A stretch of DNA of 64,000 nt from contig JBMFNR010000001.1 of assembly GCA_049970055.1 (NCBI GenBank), positions 480,001 through 544,000 on the forward strand, given 5' to 3'. The position numbers and the translations under genes are program-made. Position 1 is the first letter of the stretch, and every line of letters starts with the position of its first letter. The stretch comes from Fervidobacterium sp. Lineage in GTDB: Bacteria; Thermotogota; Thermotogae; Thermotogales; Fervidobacteriaceae. Below the pieces are notes generated by a model that saw nothing but the letters and a program-made list of their open reading frames with translations, was not told where the DNA came from and made no database searches. Positions 38,040 through 47,138 of the stretch are shown here, in pieces.

Positions 38040-38946
38040 GTTAGGAAAGTTACAAAATGTAGATGGTATGTTCACAGGTGTTGGGACTGCGATAGTTACT
38101 CCCTTTAACGACGGTGAAGTCGACTACGAGACCTATAAGAAACTGGTTGAGTGGCAATTGGAATCTGGTGTGCAAGCTATTGTAGTTGCTGGAACTACGG
38201 GTGAAGGTGCTACGCTTAGTTTATTTGAGCGTGAGAAATTAACCGTTTTAACGAAAGAGATTTGCGAAAAGAAAGCTCAAGTGATTGTAGGAACAGGAAC
38301 AAATGATACCCACAAAACGTTGGAATTATCAAAAAATGCCGAACAAAATGGTGCAGACGCGCTTTTAATTGTCACTCCTTATTATAATAAACCAACTCAG
38401 GAAGGATTGTATGCTCATTACAGATACCTTTCTGAGAGGTTGGATAAGTCCATAATTATATACAATGTGCCATCAAGAACAGGTATTAACATTGCGCCGG
38501 AAACTGTTGCAAGATTAGCTAGCGATTGCAAGAATATAAAAGCGATAAAGGAAGCTAATAGTGATATTAACCAAGCTGATGAGATATACAGACTAACTGA
38601 AGGAAAATTTGTTATCTACTCAGGTAACGATGATAGAGCGTTTCATATGGTTTGTGCAGGGGCCAAGGGTGTTATATCCGTTGCTTCTAATGTAATTCCT
38701 GCTCAGATAGTGAAGCTAATTGATTTGGCATTGAAAGGTCAGGTATCCCAAGCAAGGGAGTTACATTTCAAATACCTCGAATTAATGAAAGTACTATTTG
38801 TTGAATCAAATCCTATTCCAGTCAAAGCTGCGTTGAGTCTGATGGGGATTATAAGAAATGAACTTAGGCTACCACTGGTAAGCGCAAAAACTTCAACAAT
38901 CGAGCTGCTTAAAAATTCATTAAAGAAGGTTGGTGTACTGTTATGA
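38032..38946 (+). CDS. dapA: 4-hydroxy-tetrahydrodipicolinate synthase
   Basis: AIVTPF, GTTGE, PYYNKP, YNVPSRTG, IKEA, ESNPIPVK. Confidence 0.96.
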   Translation: MSELGKLQNVDGMFTGVGTAIVTPFNDGEVDYETYKKLVEWQLESGVQAIVVAGTTGEGATLSLFEREKLTVLTKEICEKKAQVIVGTGTNDTHKTLELSKNAEQNGADALLIVTPYYNKPTQEGLYAHYRYLSERLDKSIIIYNVPSRTGINIAPETVARLASDCKNIKAIKEANSDINQADEIYRLTEGKFVIYSGNDDRAFHMVCAGAKGVISVASNVIPAQIVKLIDLALKGQVSQARELHFKYLELMKVLFVESNPIPVKAALSLMGIIRNELRLPLVSAKTSTIELLKNSLKKVGVLL

Positions 38947-39608
38947 AATATGGAGTAGTTGGTTTTAAAGGGAAAATGGGTAGGGAAATAGTAGAGTATT
39001 TTTCAAGTATGAACGATGAGCTGGTAGCGAAATATGATGTTGATTTAGAAGAAGTTAATGAAAGGCCGGAAGTTTTAGTTGATTTTTCCAACAGAAAAGC
39101 ACTTGATAGAACTATTGGAATTTGTGAAGAACTTTCTTGCCCACTTGTTATTGGAACAACGGCATTAAGTGAAAATGATTTTGAAAAACTCAAAAAATTG
39201 TCTGAAAAGGTACCAGTTGTTCAAAGTTACAATTTTTCAGAGGGTGTAGCAATTGTAAAAGCGATACTTGAAGTGTTTGCAAGTTATTTCGACGGTTGGG
39301 ATGGAGCGATAGTTGAGGTACATCATAATGAGAAAAAAGACACTCCATCAGGTACCGCAATTGTTTTGAAAAATGCTATTGGCAAAGATATACCTATAAG
39401 TTCCTTGCGAATAGGAGGTGTTTTTGGCGAACATACGATAATTTTTGCAAATCGTGGCGAAGTTGTGGAAATATCCCATAAAGCTTTGTCGAGAAGAGCT
39501 TTTTCTTTGGGAGTGCGTAAAGCCGCACTGTATGCTTTGACAAAAACAAGTGGTTTCTATACATATTCCGATGTGCTGAAAGCTCAGATAGGGGGAGATA
39601 GGTTATGA
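38943..39608 (+). CDS. dapB: 4-hydroxy-tetrahydrodipicolinate reductase
   Basis: GKMG, VIGTT, EVHHNEKKDTPSGTA. Confidence 0.95.
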   Translation: MKYGVVGFKGKMGREIVEYFSSMNDELVAKYDVDLEEVNERPEVLVDFSNRKALDRTIGICEELSCPLVIGTTALSENDFEKLKKLSEKVPVVQSYNFSEGVAIVKAILEVFASYFDGWDGAIVEVHHNEKKDTPSGTAIVLKNAIGKDIPISSLRIGGVFGEHTIIFANRGEVVEISHKALSRRAFSLGVRKAALYALTKTSGFYTYSDVLKAQIGGDRL

Positions 39609-40348
39609 TTATCGATAAAAAGCCAAGTCAATTAACAAGTGAAGAGATCATCCAGCTCATTGCAAAAAGTAAGAAGAGAACGATTGCCAGAGTTTTTGTG
39701 AGTGGTGATCTAAAATCTTTGAATTTAGAAAAGATCGATGGATACGGTGAAGAATTTGAATTCGTAGGAGATGATAGTTTTGGAGTTCTTTTTGGAAGCT
39801 ATGAATATATAGAAAAGATTATTCAGAGCAAGAATAACTTGAAGTACAAAGTTGAATTTCTGGCACGCAATTCAGCGATTCCGCTTGTGGATCTTTCTAA
39901 ATTTGATGCGCGAATAGAACCTGGAGCAATTATAAGAGAGTACGTTGAGATTGGCAACAACGCAGTGATAATGATGGGAGCTGTTGTAAACCTCGGTGCA
40001 GTGATTGGTGAGGGAACGATGATCGATATGAATGTTGTTGTGGGTGCGCGTGCAAGGATTGGGAAATTTTGCCATATAGGAGCCGGAAGTGTAATCGCTG
40101 GTGTTATTGAACCACCAAGTGCCGAGCCTGTAGTTATAGAGGACCATGTCATGGTAGGTGCGAATGCTGTCGTTTTAGAGGGAATTAGGGTTGGTTACCA
40201 TTCGGTTGTAGCAGCTGGAGCGGTCGTAGTGGAAGATGTACCGGAATACACTGTGGTAGCCGGCGTACCTGCGAGAGTGATAAAAAGAGTGGACGAAAGA
40301 ACTTTGAATAAAACACAGATTTTGGAAGATCTGAGAAAACTGAGGTGA
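39605..40348 (+). CDS. dapH: tetrahydrodipicolinate N-acetyltransferase
   Basis: RNSAIP, ARIEPGAIIRE, hexapeptide repeats, AGVIEPPSA. Confidence 0.93.
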   Translation: MIIDKKPSQLTSEEIIQLIAKSKKRTIARVFVSGDLKSLNLEKIDGYGEEFEFVGDDSFGVLFGSYEYIEKIIQSKNNLKYKVEFLARNSAIPLVDLSKFDARIEPGAIIREYVEIGNNAVIMMGAVVNLGAVIGEGTMIDMNVVVGARARIGKFCHIGAGSVIAGVIEPPSAEPVVIEDHVMVGANAVVLEGIRVGYHSVVAAGAVVVEDVPEYTVVAGVPARVIKRVDERTLNKTQILEDLRKLR

Positions 40349-41556
40349 TGGAGTTGAGGCTAATAGTCCAAAAGTACGGGGGTTCATCAGTTGCTGATGT
40401 CGAGAAAATTAGGAATGTAGCAAATAGAATTGTTAATAAGGTGAGCGAGGGTTACAAGGTTGTCGTTGTTGTTTCCGCAATGGGCAAAACGACTGATCAG
40501 CTGATTTCGTTGGCAAAATCTGTTTCGTCGAGACCAGACGAACGTGAATTAGATATGCTACTTGTCACTGGGGAACAGGCATCGTGTGCACTCGTTACGA
40601 TGGCTTTAAAAGATTTGGGTGTTAGAGCAATTTCCTTGAATGCATTTCAGGCCAAAGTACTTACCACAAAACACCACACAAATGCAAGAATTTTGGATAT
40701 AAGTACCTCACATCTAAAAGAGTACTTGAATCAATTTGAAGTTGTGGTTGTTACAGGTTTTCAAGGAATAACAGACGATGGTCATTTTACAACTTTGGGA
40801 CGTGGTGGTTCTGATACTTCTGCTGTGGCACTCGCGGCAAAGTTAAAGTGTGAGTGTGAAATTTACAGTGATGTATCGGGCGTGTACTCATGCGATCCAA
40901 GGCTTTATCCAAAAGCTAAAAAATGGAGTTACATTACATACGAGGATATGCTCGAACTGGCCTCAACTGGAGCGAAGGTACTACATTCAAGGTCAGTTGA
41001 GATTGCTAAAAAATACAATGTGAAAGTCTATTGTGCTTCATCATTTACACAAGAGGAGGGAACTTGGGTGGTTGATAGGTTACCAGAGTGGTTGGAAGAA
41101 CCTGTTGTTACCGGTGTGAGTTTGGATAGAAACCAGGTGAAAGTGTCTATCATGGATCTTCCTAATGATGCTTCGGTTGTTACAGACATATTCAAAAGAG
41201 TTGCAGAAAAAGGAGTAAATGTTGACATGATATCGCTGGTAAAAAATGCTAACTCAACACATATTGCCTTCACAGCAATTCCAGATGGGGCTGAAAAAAT
41301 TAAAGAGTTGCTCGATGAAACGCTTTCAATCTACGGTGCCAAGTATCACTTCTACGGGCAATTTGCAAAAATCACAGTAGTTGGTACTGGCATGAGGTCA
41401 AGTTACGGTGTTGCATCAAAACTTCTCGAAGTATTGAAAAACGAAGGAACTGAACCAGAGTTGGTTACAACCTCTGAAATTAAGATTTCAATTCTTGTAC
41501 CAGAACAGAAAGCTCAAATACTTGTTGAAAAGATCTGTCAAGCCTTTGAGTTGTAA
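40348..41556 (+). CDS. lysC: aspartate kinase
   Basis: QKYGGSS, VSAMG, TTLGRGGSD, two ACT domains, TSEIKIS. Confidence 0.95.
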   Translation: MELRLIVQKYGGSSVADVEKIRNVANRIVNKVSEGYKVVVVVSAMGKTTDQLISLAKSVSSRPDERELDMLLVTGEQASCALVTMALKDLGVRAISLNAFQAKVLTTKHHTNARILDISTSHLKEYLNQFEVVVVTGFQGITDDGHFTTLGRGGSDTSAVALAAKLKCECEIYSDVSGVYSCDPRLYPKAKKWSYITYEDMLELASTGAKVLHSRSVEIAKKYNVKVYCASSFTQEEGTWVVDRLPEWLEEPVVTGVSLDRNQVKVSIMDLPNDASVVTDIFKRVAEKGVNVDMISLVKNANSTHIAFTAIPDGAEKIKELLDETLSIYGAKYHFYGQFAKITVVGTGMRSSYGVASKLLEVLKNEGTEPELVTTSEIKISILVPEQKAQILVEKICQAFEL

Positions 41557-41611
41557 ATTTTCACAAAGTATTTTCAGGTACTTTCAAGTACTTTCAAAGT
41601 GGGGTGGAGTT

Positions 41612-42763
41612 ATGAACTATATCGCAGATACTTACTATAGGTATCCAATAGAAGTTTCCCATGCCAAAGGGATGTACATATGGGATATTGACGGTAAGGA
41701 GTATATTGATACATTCATGGGAATAGGTGTACTTCTGTTTGGGCATAACCACGAGAAGGTAATTGAAGCAATGAAAAGAAAAATGGATAGGTATGTACAT
41801 TTATCGAATTTCTTTTTTGATGAGGATGCCGAAGCCATTGCTGAGCGATTGGTAAAAGAAAGTAGTAAAGGAAGTTGTAAGGATGGAAAAGTCTTCTTTA
41901 CAAACTCAGGAACGGAGAGTACTGAATGTGCATTGAAGGTAATCAGAAAATTTAAAAAGTCAGGCAAGATAGTATCATTCCTTAGGAATTTTCATGGACG
42001 TACATTGAAAGCATTAAGCATTACAGGGTTTGATAGTATCAGAGAGCAATTTATTTCGGAACCCGATGTTGTCTTTCTTCCATATAATATAGACACGGTA
42101 AGAGAGTTTTTCGAAAGCGAAAAAGACATTGCCGCCGTTTTTGTTGAAGTTGTTCACGGTAGCGGTGGACTTGACGTAATCGATACTGAGATTGTAAAGT
42201 TGATCAAAGAATACAAGGCTCAAAGAAATTTTATCCTTGTTGCCGACGAAGTTCAGAGTGGTTTGGGAAGAACTGGGAAGTTTTATGCGTACCAACATTT
42301 CGACATGGAGCCGGATATTATTACTTTGGCGAAAGGACTTGGTGGCGGATTACCTCTTGGTGCGTGTGTACTGCTTGGTGAGTATAAAGATGCTTTTACA
42401 AAAGGAGAGCACGGTTCTACTTTTGCACCGAATCCGGTAGCACTTGCTGGAGGAAGGGCGGTTCTAGAATTGATAAATGATAATACTTTATCACACGTTG
42501 AGAAAATGGGGGCAATTTTTGAAGAGGATTTCAACTTGAACTTTGTTGAATCAATCAAAGGTATGGGTTTAATGAGAGGTTTAGTTATCAAGCCAGAAGT
42601 AAAGGATATTATAAAAATAACACCGGAGTTATTTTTACAACATGGTTTGCTTGTAAATGTACTTGGTAACGGAGTCATTCGTCTATTGTTACCTTTGAAT
42701 ATTACGGAGCACGAATCAAACATCGTTGCAGAGAGATTCAAAAAAGTCCTAGAAAAATTTTAG
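41612..42763 (+). CDS. class III PLP aminotransferase (ArgD/DapC-like)
   Basis: NSGTE, FHGRT, DEVQSGLGRTG, LAKGLGGG, HGSTF; start moved to ATG 41612. Confidence 0.88.
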   Translation: MNYIADTYYRYPIEVSHAKGMYIWDIDGKEYIDTFMGIGVLLFGHNHEKVIEAMKRKMDRYVHLSNFFFDEDAEAIAERLVKESSKGSCKDGKVFFTNSGTESTECALKVIRKFKKSGKIVSFLRNFHGRTLKALSITGFDSIREQFISEPDVVFLPYNIDTVREFFESEKDIAAVFVEVVHGSGGLDVIDTEIVKLIKEYKAQRNFILVADEVQSGLGRTGKFYAYQHFDMEPDIITLAKGLGGGLPLGACVLLGEYKDAFTKGEHGSTFAPNPVALAGGRAVLELINDNTLSHVEKMGAIFEEDFNLNFVESIKGMGLMRGLVIKPEVKDIIKITPELFLQHGLLVNVLGNGVIRLLLPLNITEHESNIVAERFKKVLEKF

Positions 42764-43489
42764 AAGAATAATAGTCATGAGCATTCCGATGTTTGTAAAA
42801 AGAAATATACTATCATTTTTTGCCCATTTCAAAGAATAATAATGCGTCCTTTTCTTAAGTCCGTATTTCCTTGCTTGAAGTGCGAGTGAAAGTTCTTCTG
42901 CTTTTCTTAAAGAAGAAACTAACAACGGGATTACAATACTCGTAAGGGCTGATAGCTTATTTTTCAGCCCTTTTTCTGAATATTTTGCACCTCTTGCAAG
43001 TTGAGCCTTTATTATTCTATCTGCCTCATCGAGGAGTACTGGAATAAACCTGATCGAAATAGCAAGCATCATGCCAAAGTCTTCACGTGCTTCTTCTTTA
43101 ATTCGAAAATATTTGAGCATATCTACAATTCCTCGTGCAGTTAGCAACGGAGGGGTTGTGTAAGTTAACATCGATGCAAATAGAAATACCAACGAAAGTC
43201 TCAGGATAATGTAAATAGCCGATATTATACCACTTTCAAAATACTGAACTATACCTGCGAAAAGTAGTAAAAACCACATACTCTTTAAGCTTCTTAAATA
43301 AACGATAGGTTTTATCTTTGAAATGAACACAAATACCATGAAAAGAACGATGGGGATTAAGTATTCTAATGTGTTTTTTATTAATAGCACTGCCGTGATT
43401 TGGATCAGTATACTTATCAATTTCGATCTAGGGTCTAACTTATGTATTGGTGAGTCTTTAGGTATATATTTACCAATTGTTATTTTCAA
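42749..43489 (-). CDS. ecfT: ECF transporter transmembrane component
   Basis: SPIHKLDPRSK, IRFIP, AQLARG, ALQAR. Confidence 0.9.
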   Translation of the reverse strand: MKITIGKYIPKDSPIHKLDPRSKLISILIQITAVLLIKNTLEYLIPIVLFMVFVFISKIKPIVYLRSLKSMWFLLLFAGIVQYFESGIISAIYIILRLSLVFLFASMLTYTTPPLLTARGIVDMLKYFRIKEEAREDFGMMLAISIRFIPVLLDEADRIIKAQLARGAKYSEKGLKNKLSALTSIVIPLLVSSLRKAEELSLALQARKYGLKKRTHYYSLKWAKNDSIFLFTNIGMLMTIILLKFF

Positions 43490-43512
43490 TTCTACACCCC
43501 CGAAAAATGATA

Positions 43513-44079
43513 CTACTTTCTACTTTGAGCTAGTGTTTGATTAAAGTTCATGTACTGTCTTATAATCTCCGAGTAATTTTTGAAAAATTTTACGGTGTAT
43601 TCGTTGTACTTATCTCTGCGCCCATTGTATGCAGATATTGCCTTGGTTATATCCCATCCATGGATATTCTTCAGGCTTAAGAAAATGTATCTGTATGCTA
43701 TCCTTAGTTGCCAATCAGGATACCTTATCAAATCGGCATGTGAACGGTGTTTTGCTTTGAATTCCCTTACGTCCTGATAAAAGTTTGCAACGTAAAAAAC
43801 CGCGTTTTCGTGGATTTGAAAGTAACCGACTGCCTTTCCATTATCTCCAAACGTGTTGACAAAGCCTGTTTCTGTTAATCCAAAGGCTAGTATAAAAAGT
43901 GGATCAATAATGGATGGTACAATTTTTGTTTCCTCATCGAGTACTTTTGCCATTATTACCGCGTGTTGTTCAGGCACTTTATTTTGCTTTAAAAAGTAGT
44001 AGGTAAAGTCATACAAAGCACTACAAAAAAGAAATTGCGAAATAAAAATCGCAAGCATTAGAAACAGTAACTTTTTCAT
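43513..44079 (-). CDS. secreted SLT-like lytic transglycosylase / lysozyme-like protein
   Basis: Signal peptide; ETGF, GYFQI and AYNG match SLT motifs I-III. Confidence 0.7.
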   Translation of the reverse strand: MKKLLFLMLAIFISQFLFCSALYDFTYYFLKQNKVPEQHAVIMAKVLDEETKIVPSIIDPLFILAFGLTETGFVNTFGDNGKAVGYFQIHENAVFYVANFYQDVREFKAKHRSHADLIRYPDWQLRIAYRYIFLSLKNIHGWDITKAISAYNGRRDKYNEYTVKFFKNYSEIIRQYMNFNQTLAQSRK

Positions 44080-44100
44080 TTAATCCCTCCTTACAGGTGT

Positions 44101-44859
44101 TTAAAAAATTATCTCTATTTCTCCACCTTCTGTGCACCTTAACTTTTCGCGTGCAATTCCCTTGTTTACCGCTATTTCCGCGTATCCTGTGCTATCTTCA
44201 TGAATCAATACTTCTCCTTGAGGAACATCTGCGTACGTTTCGACAATGGGTACTTGATAAGTCTTGTTCCCTATTTTCAATTTTACCGTGTCTTTCTCAG
44301 ATAGCCATGAAAATGGGATATTCGTCTCAATGTTGCCAAATCTATCAAAGTATGCGATCTCGCCAATTATGCCGTTCCCAAGCCTGTGTGCTTTTCGGTA
44401 TGGAATAGTTCCATAATTTGGCAATCTAGTTCCGAGCTCATCAAAAATTCCCTTCGTAATGTACGCTGCCGCAGGTGAGAAGATATCCCTACCGTGAAAT
44501 GTTTTCGAACTTCCCAGGTGATACTTCTTATTTACAAGATCAACAATTTTCTTGGGATGGTGTTTTTCAAGTACTAAAGTTAATACACCGTTGTCAGGTG
44601 CCACAAAATAGTATTTATCAGTTTCAACGGCTATCGCTTTTCGTGCTGTTCCAACGCCATAATCTACGACTATTAAGAAGACACTTTTTTCTGGAAACCA
44701 ATCAACACTTCTATCCAATATGTGCATTGCTTCACGAACATTGTAAGGGGTTATTGAATGTGTTAAATCAACAATTTCATCATCAGTGATCTGCTTCATA
44801 ACGCCCTTGCATATTCCTACGTAGTGAGAACATCCCCAATCTGTCATAAAAACGATCAT
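44101..44859 (-). CDS. SAM hydroxide adenosyltransferase (DUF62 / chlorinase-like)
   Basis: MTDWG, VDYGVG, APDNG, TFHGRDIF, DRFGN. Confidence 0.88.
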   Translation of the reverse strand: MIVFMTDWGCSHYVGICKGVMKQITDDEIVDLTHSITPYNVREAMHILDRSVDWFPEKSVFLIVVDYGVGTARKAIAVETDKYYFVAPDNGVLTLVLEKHHPKKIVDLVNKKYHLGSSKTFHGRDIFSPAAAYITKGIFDELGTRLPNYGTIPYRKAHRLGNGIIGEIAYFDRFGNIETNIPFSWLSEKDTVKLKIGNKTYQVPIVETYADVPQGEVLIHEDSTGYAEIAVNKGIAREKLRCTEGGEIEIIF

Positions 44860-45965
44860 AATTGTACCTCCCCACTTAATCTTAATAGCCATTTTACCAT
44901 AAAGTCGACCAAAAATGGAATTACTTCGTCATCTGGAAGGAATTTTGGATTATGTAAGCCATACTGAATGTTTTTCGTCCTAATTCCCGCCCAGAACATA
45001 AGGGATGGATATTTCATCGTGAAAAATCCAAAGTCTTCACCCGTATATTTCATACCACAATCTATATATTTCAAGCCTTCCTTGGATACAAAATCTTCGA
45101 ACTTTGAAACAAGATCTGCCGAATTTATAACGGGGGGATATAAACTTCCTTTTTCCAAAATACCGCTGTGTTTTTCCGCTAATTCCCTTATTTTTTCGAA
45201 GGTCTTTAAAACTACATCAAGTGTCTCCCCACGTATCGAACCTTGTACCTCGGAGTAATCAGCTACCGCATTCCTCACACTTCCCGCAAACATTTTTCCA
45301 AAGCCGGCAAGAGCACGGATTCCTTCATTTGAATCAACGGGATTTTGATAAAACTCATTTAAAAACATAACCGCATATTTTAAGGCATCTACTCCACGAT
45401 GTTTTTGGGCAATATGGGCAGATAATCCTCTGAACTTAGCAGTGATTTCCATGGCACATGCAAAGAGTGTACCATTTGTTGAGGCAAATTCACCTAGCCG
45501 ATATTCATCAGTTACATGAAGCGCGGTTGCATACTTTACTTTATATTTTTCCCTCATTTCATCGATAACGTATTTTGCACCACCTATAGTCTCTTCGGCT
45601 GGTTGAAAAACAAAAACGTAGTTACCTGGAAGTTTTTTTTCGATAATTTCTTTTATCACTCCATACATGACTGACATATGTACGTCGTGTCCGCATGCGT
45701 GCATATAATCATTTGTTGAGGCAAATTCCCAACCTGTCTCCTCCTTAATTGGGAGTGCATCTATGTCAGCACGGTACAAAACTGAAGGTCTGAGATTGTT
45801 TTTTTGTATGGTCACCACAAGTCCTGTTTTGGCTATAGGTTCGGGCTCTAATCCCAGTGCTTCGAGAGCATTTTTCAAGATACTCTGAGTTTTGTATTCA
45901 CTAAAAGCAAGCTCAGGATTTTTATGCAGTTCATGCCTTAATTCAATGGGGGAAAGTACCATCAT
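44856..45965 (-). CDS. M20D amidohydrolase, candidate N-acetyl-diaminopimelate deacetylase
   Basis: LHKNPELAFSE, RADIDALP, MHACGHD, FQPAEE, GEDFG, LHNP. Confidence 0.85.
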   Translation of the reverse strand: MMVLSPIELRHELHKNPELAFSEYKTQSILKNALEALGLEPEPIAKTGLVVTIQKNNLRPSVLYRADIDALPIKEETGWEFASTNDYMHACGHDVHMSVMYGVIKEIIEKKLPGNYVFVFQPAEETIGGAKYVIDEMREKYKVKYATALHVTDEYRLGEFASTNGTLFACAMEITAKFRGLSAHIAQKHRGVDALKYAVMFLNEFYQNPVDSNEGIRALAGFGKMFAGSVRNAVADYSEVQGSIRGETLDVVLKTFEKIRELAEKHSGILEKGSLYPPVINSADLVSKFEDFVSKEGLKYIDCGMKYTGEDFGFFTMKYPSLMFWAGIRTKNIQYGLHNPKFLPDDEVIPFLVDFMVKWLLRLSGEVQL

Positions 45966-46019
45966 TGCTCTCCTTTCTTTGTAAGAAAGATTGTTCTTAA
46001 TGATATTATACCAAAAATC

Positions 46020-46047
46020 AAAAAAAGTTCACCAACACTGGGTGAAC
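46020..46047 (-). terminator. intrinsic terminator
   Basis: GTTCACC/GGTGAAC stem followed by a U-run on the minus strand. Confidence 0.6.
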
Positions 46048-46090
46048 CAACCATCAATGTGAGGTTATGCGGATTTTTGATACCTTGATG

Positions 46091-46975
46091 TTATACTTTT
46101 ATATCTATTTGTCTAACGGTTCCAACGCCACCATTTTCGGTCAGGTAAATCCCGGTATTTTTCACTATGTAATCGTTATAATCAAAGGGTGTGGTTACAC
46201 TTCCGAGGAATATAGCACCTACATTCATATCAAGCAAGCCGACTAATTTCTCTTCTCCTTTTTCGTTAACAGTCCAGATCTTCAATTTAGCGAATTCTAA
46301 ATCATCCTCATCTATCCAGTGGTCTAAATCAGAATCAAGATTTGATAATTCTTGAAATCCATCACCAGTCGTAGGCCCAAAAAGTTCGCTTGCATCGTCT
46401 ACTCTTCCGTTATTATTCTTGTCGTATACGAGAAAACCAAGTCCTCCCCCTATGTAAAACTTTTCCTTTTCATTGTCGAAATTTAAATCCATTTCGACTG
46501 TTTTTGATCCGCCGTTATTCGATAAATTTAATACTAGCGGATCAACTACCTTTCCAGCAATTTTTTGGTACGAATACGATAAGGAGAGTTCCTTCAAACC
46601 TAGTGAAAAGTCCACCACTCTCCCATCTTTTGTTTTGACATAACCATTTGCTGAAAAGTTGAAATACCGAATGTCTAAATTTGTCTGTTCACTTTTAAAT
46701 TCAACGATATCTTGCCCACTTTGTTTGTTTATCACAACTTCGTACGTAGAAGATGGTAGATATATCTTGATTCTTCTTCCCGTTAGCTTTTCAAGCATGG
46801 TCTTTATAATCTTTATTTTTTGTAAAGTCTTTTCATCTATTTGTGGTCTTTTTTCTGTTATCACAATTTCTATTTTTTCTGGGGTTCGGTATTTCTTATA
46901 TGAATTTGAGATTTTTGAATACTGAAGCGATAGGTTTTTTGATTCAAGGTTCACACCATGCTCGTCGATTCTCAC
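46091..46975 (-). CDS. hypothetical protein with DxDxDG-like Ca2+-binding motifs (VCBS-like)
   Basis: DPLVLN, DKNNNGRVDDASELFG, LDSDLDHWIDEDD. Confidence 0.65.
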   Translation of the reverse strand: MRIDEHGVNLESKNLSLQYSKISNSYKKYRTPEKIEIVITEKRPQIDEKTLQKIKIIKTMLEKLTGRRIKIYLPSSTYEVVINKQSGQDIVEFKSEQTNLDIRYFNFSANGYVKTKDGRVVDFSLGLKELSLSYSYQKIAGKVVDPLVLNLSNNGGSKTVEMDLNFDNEKEKFYIGGGLGFLVYDKNNNGRVDDASELFGPTTGDGFQELSNLDSDLDHWIDEDDLEFAKLKIWTVNEKGEEKLVGLLDMNVGAIFLGSVTTPFDYNDYIVKNTGIYLTENGGVGTVRQIDIKV

Positions 46976-47138
46976 TATATCACACCCCTCTTTTGGTTTT
47001 TCACATTATTTATCGACCAGAAAATCATGTTTATAAAGTACTTAAATTAAATTTCTGATTGGAAGTGCTATGTGGTATAATTAAGACGAAATTGCCGAGA
47101 TTTGGGAATTGCAAATGAATTTAGAAGGGTGAGTTTTT

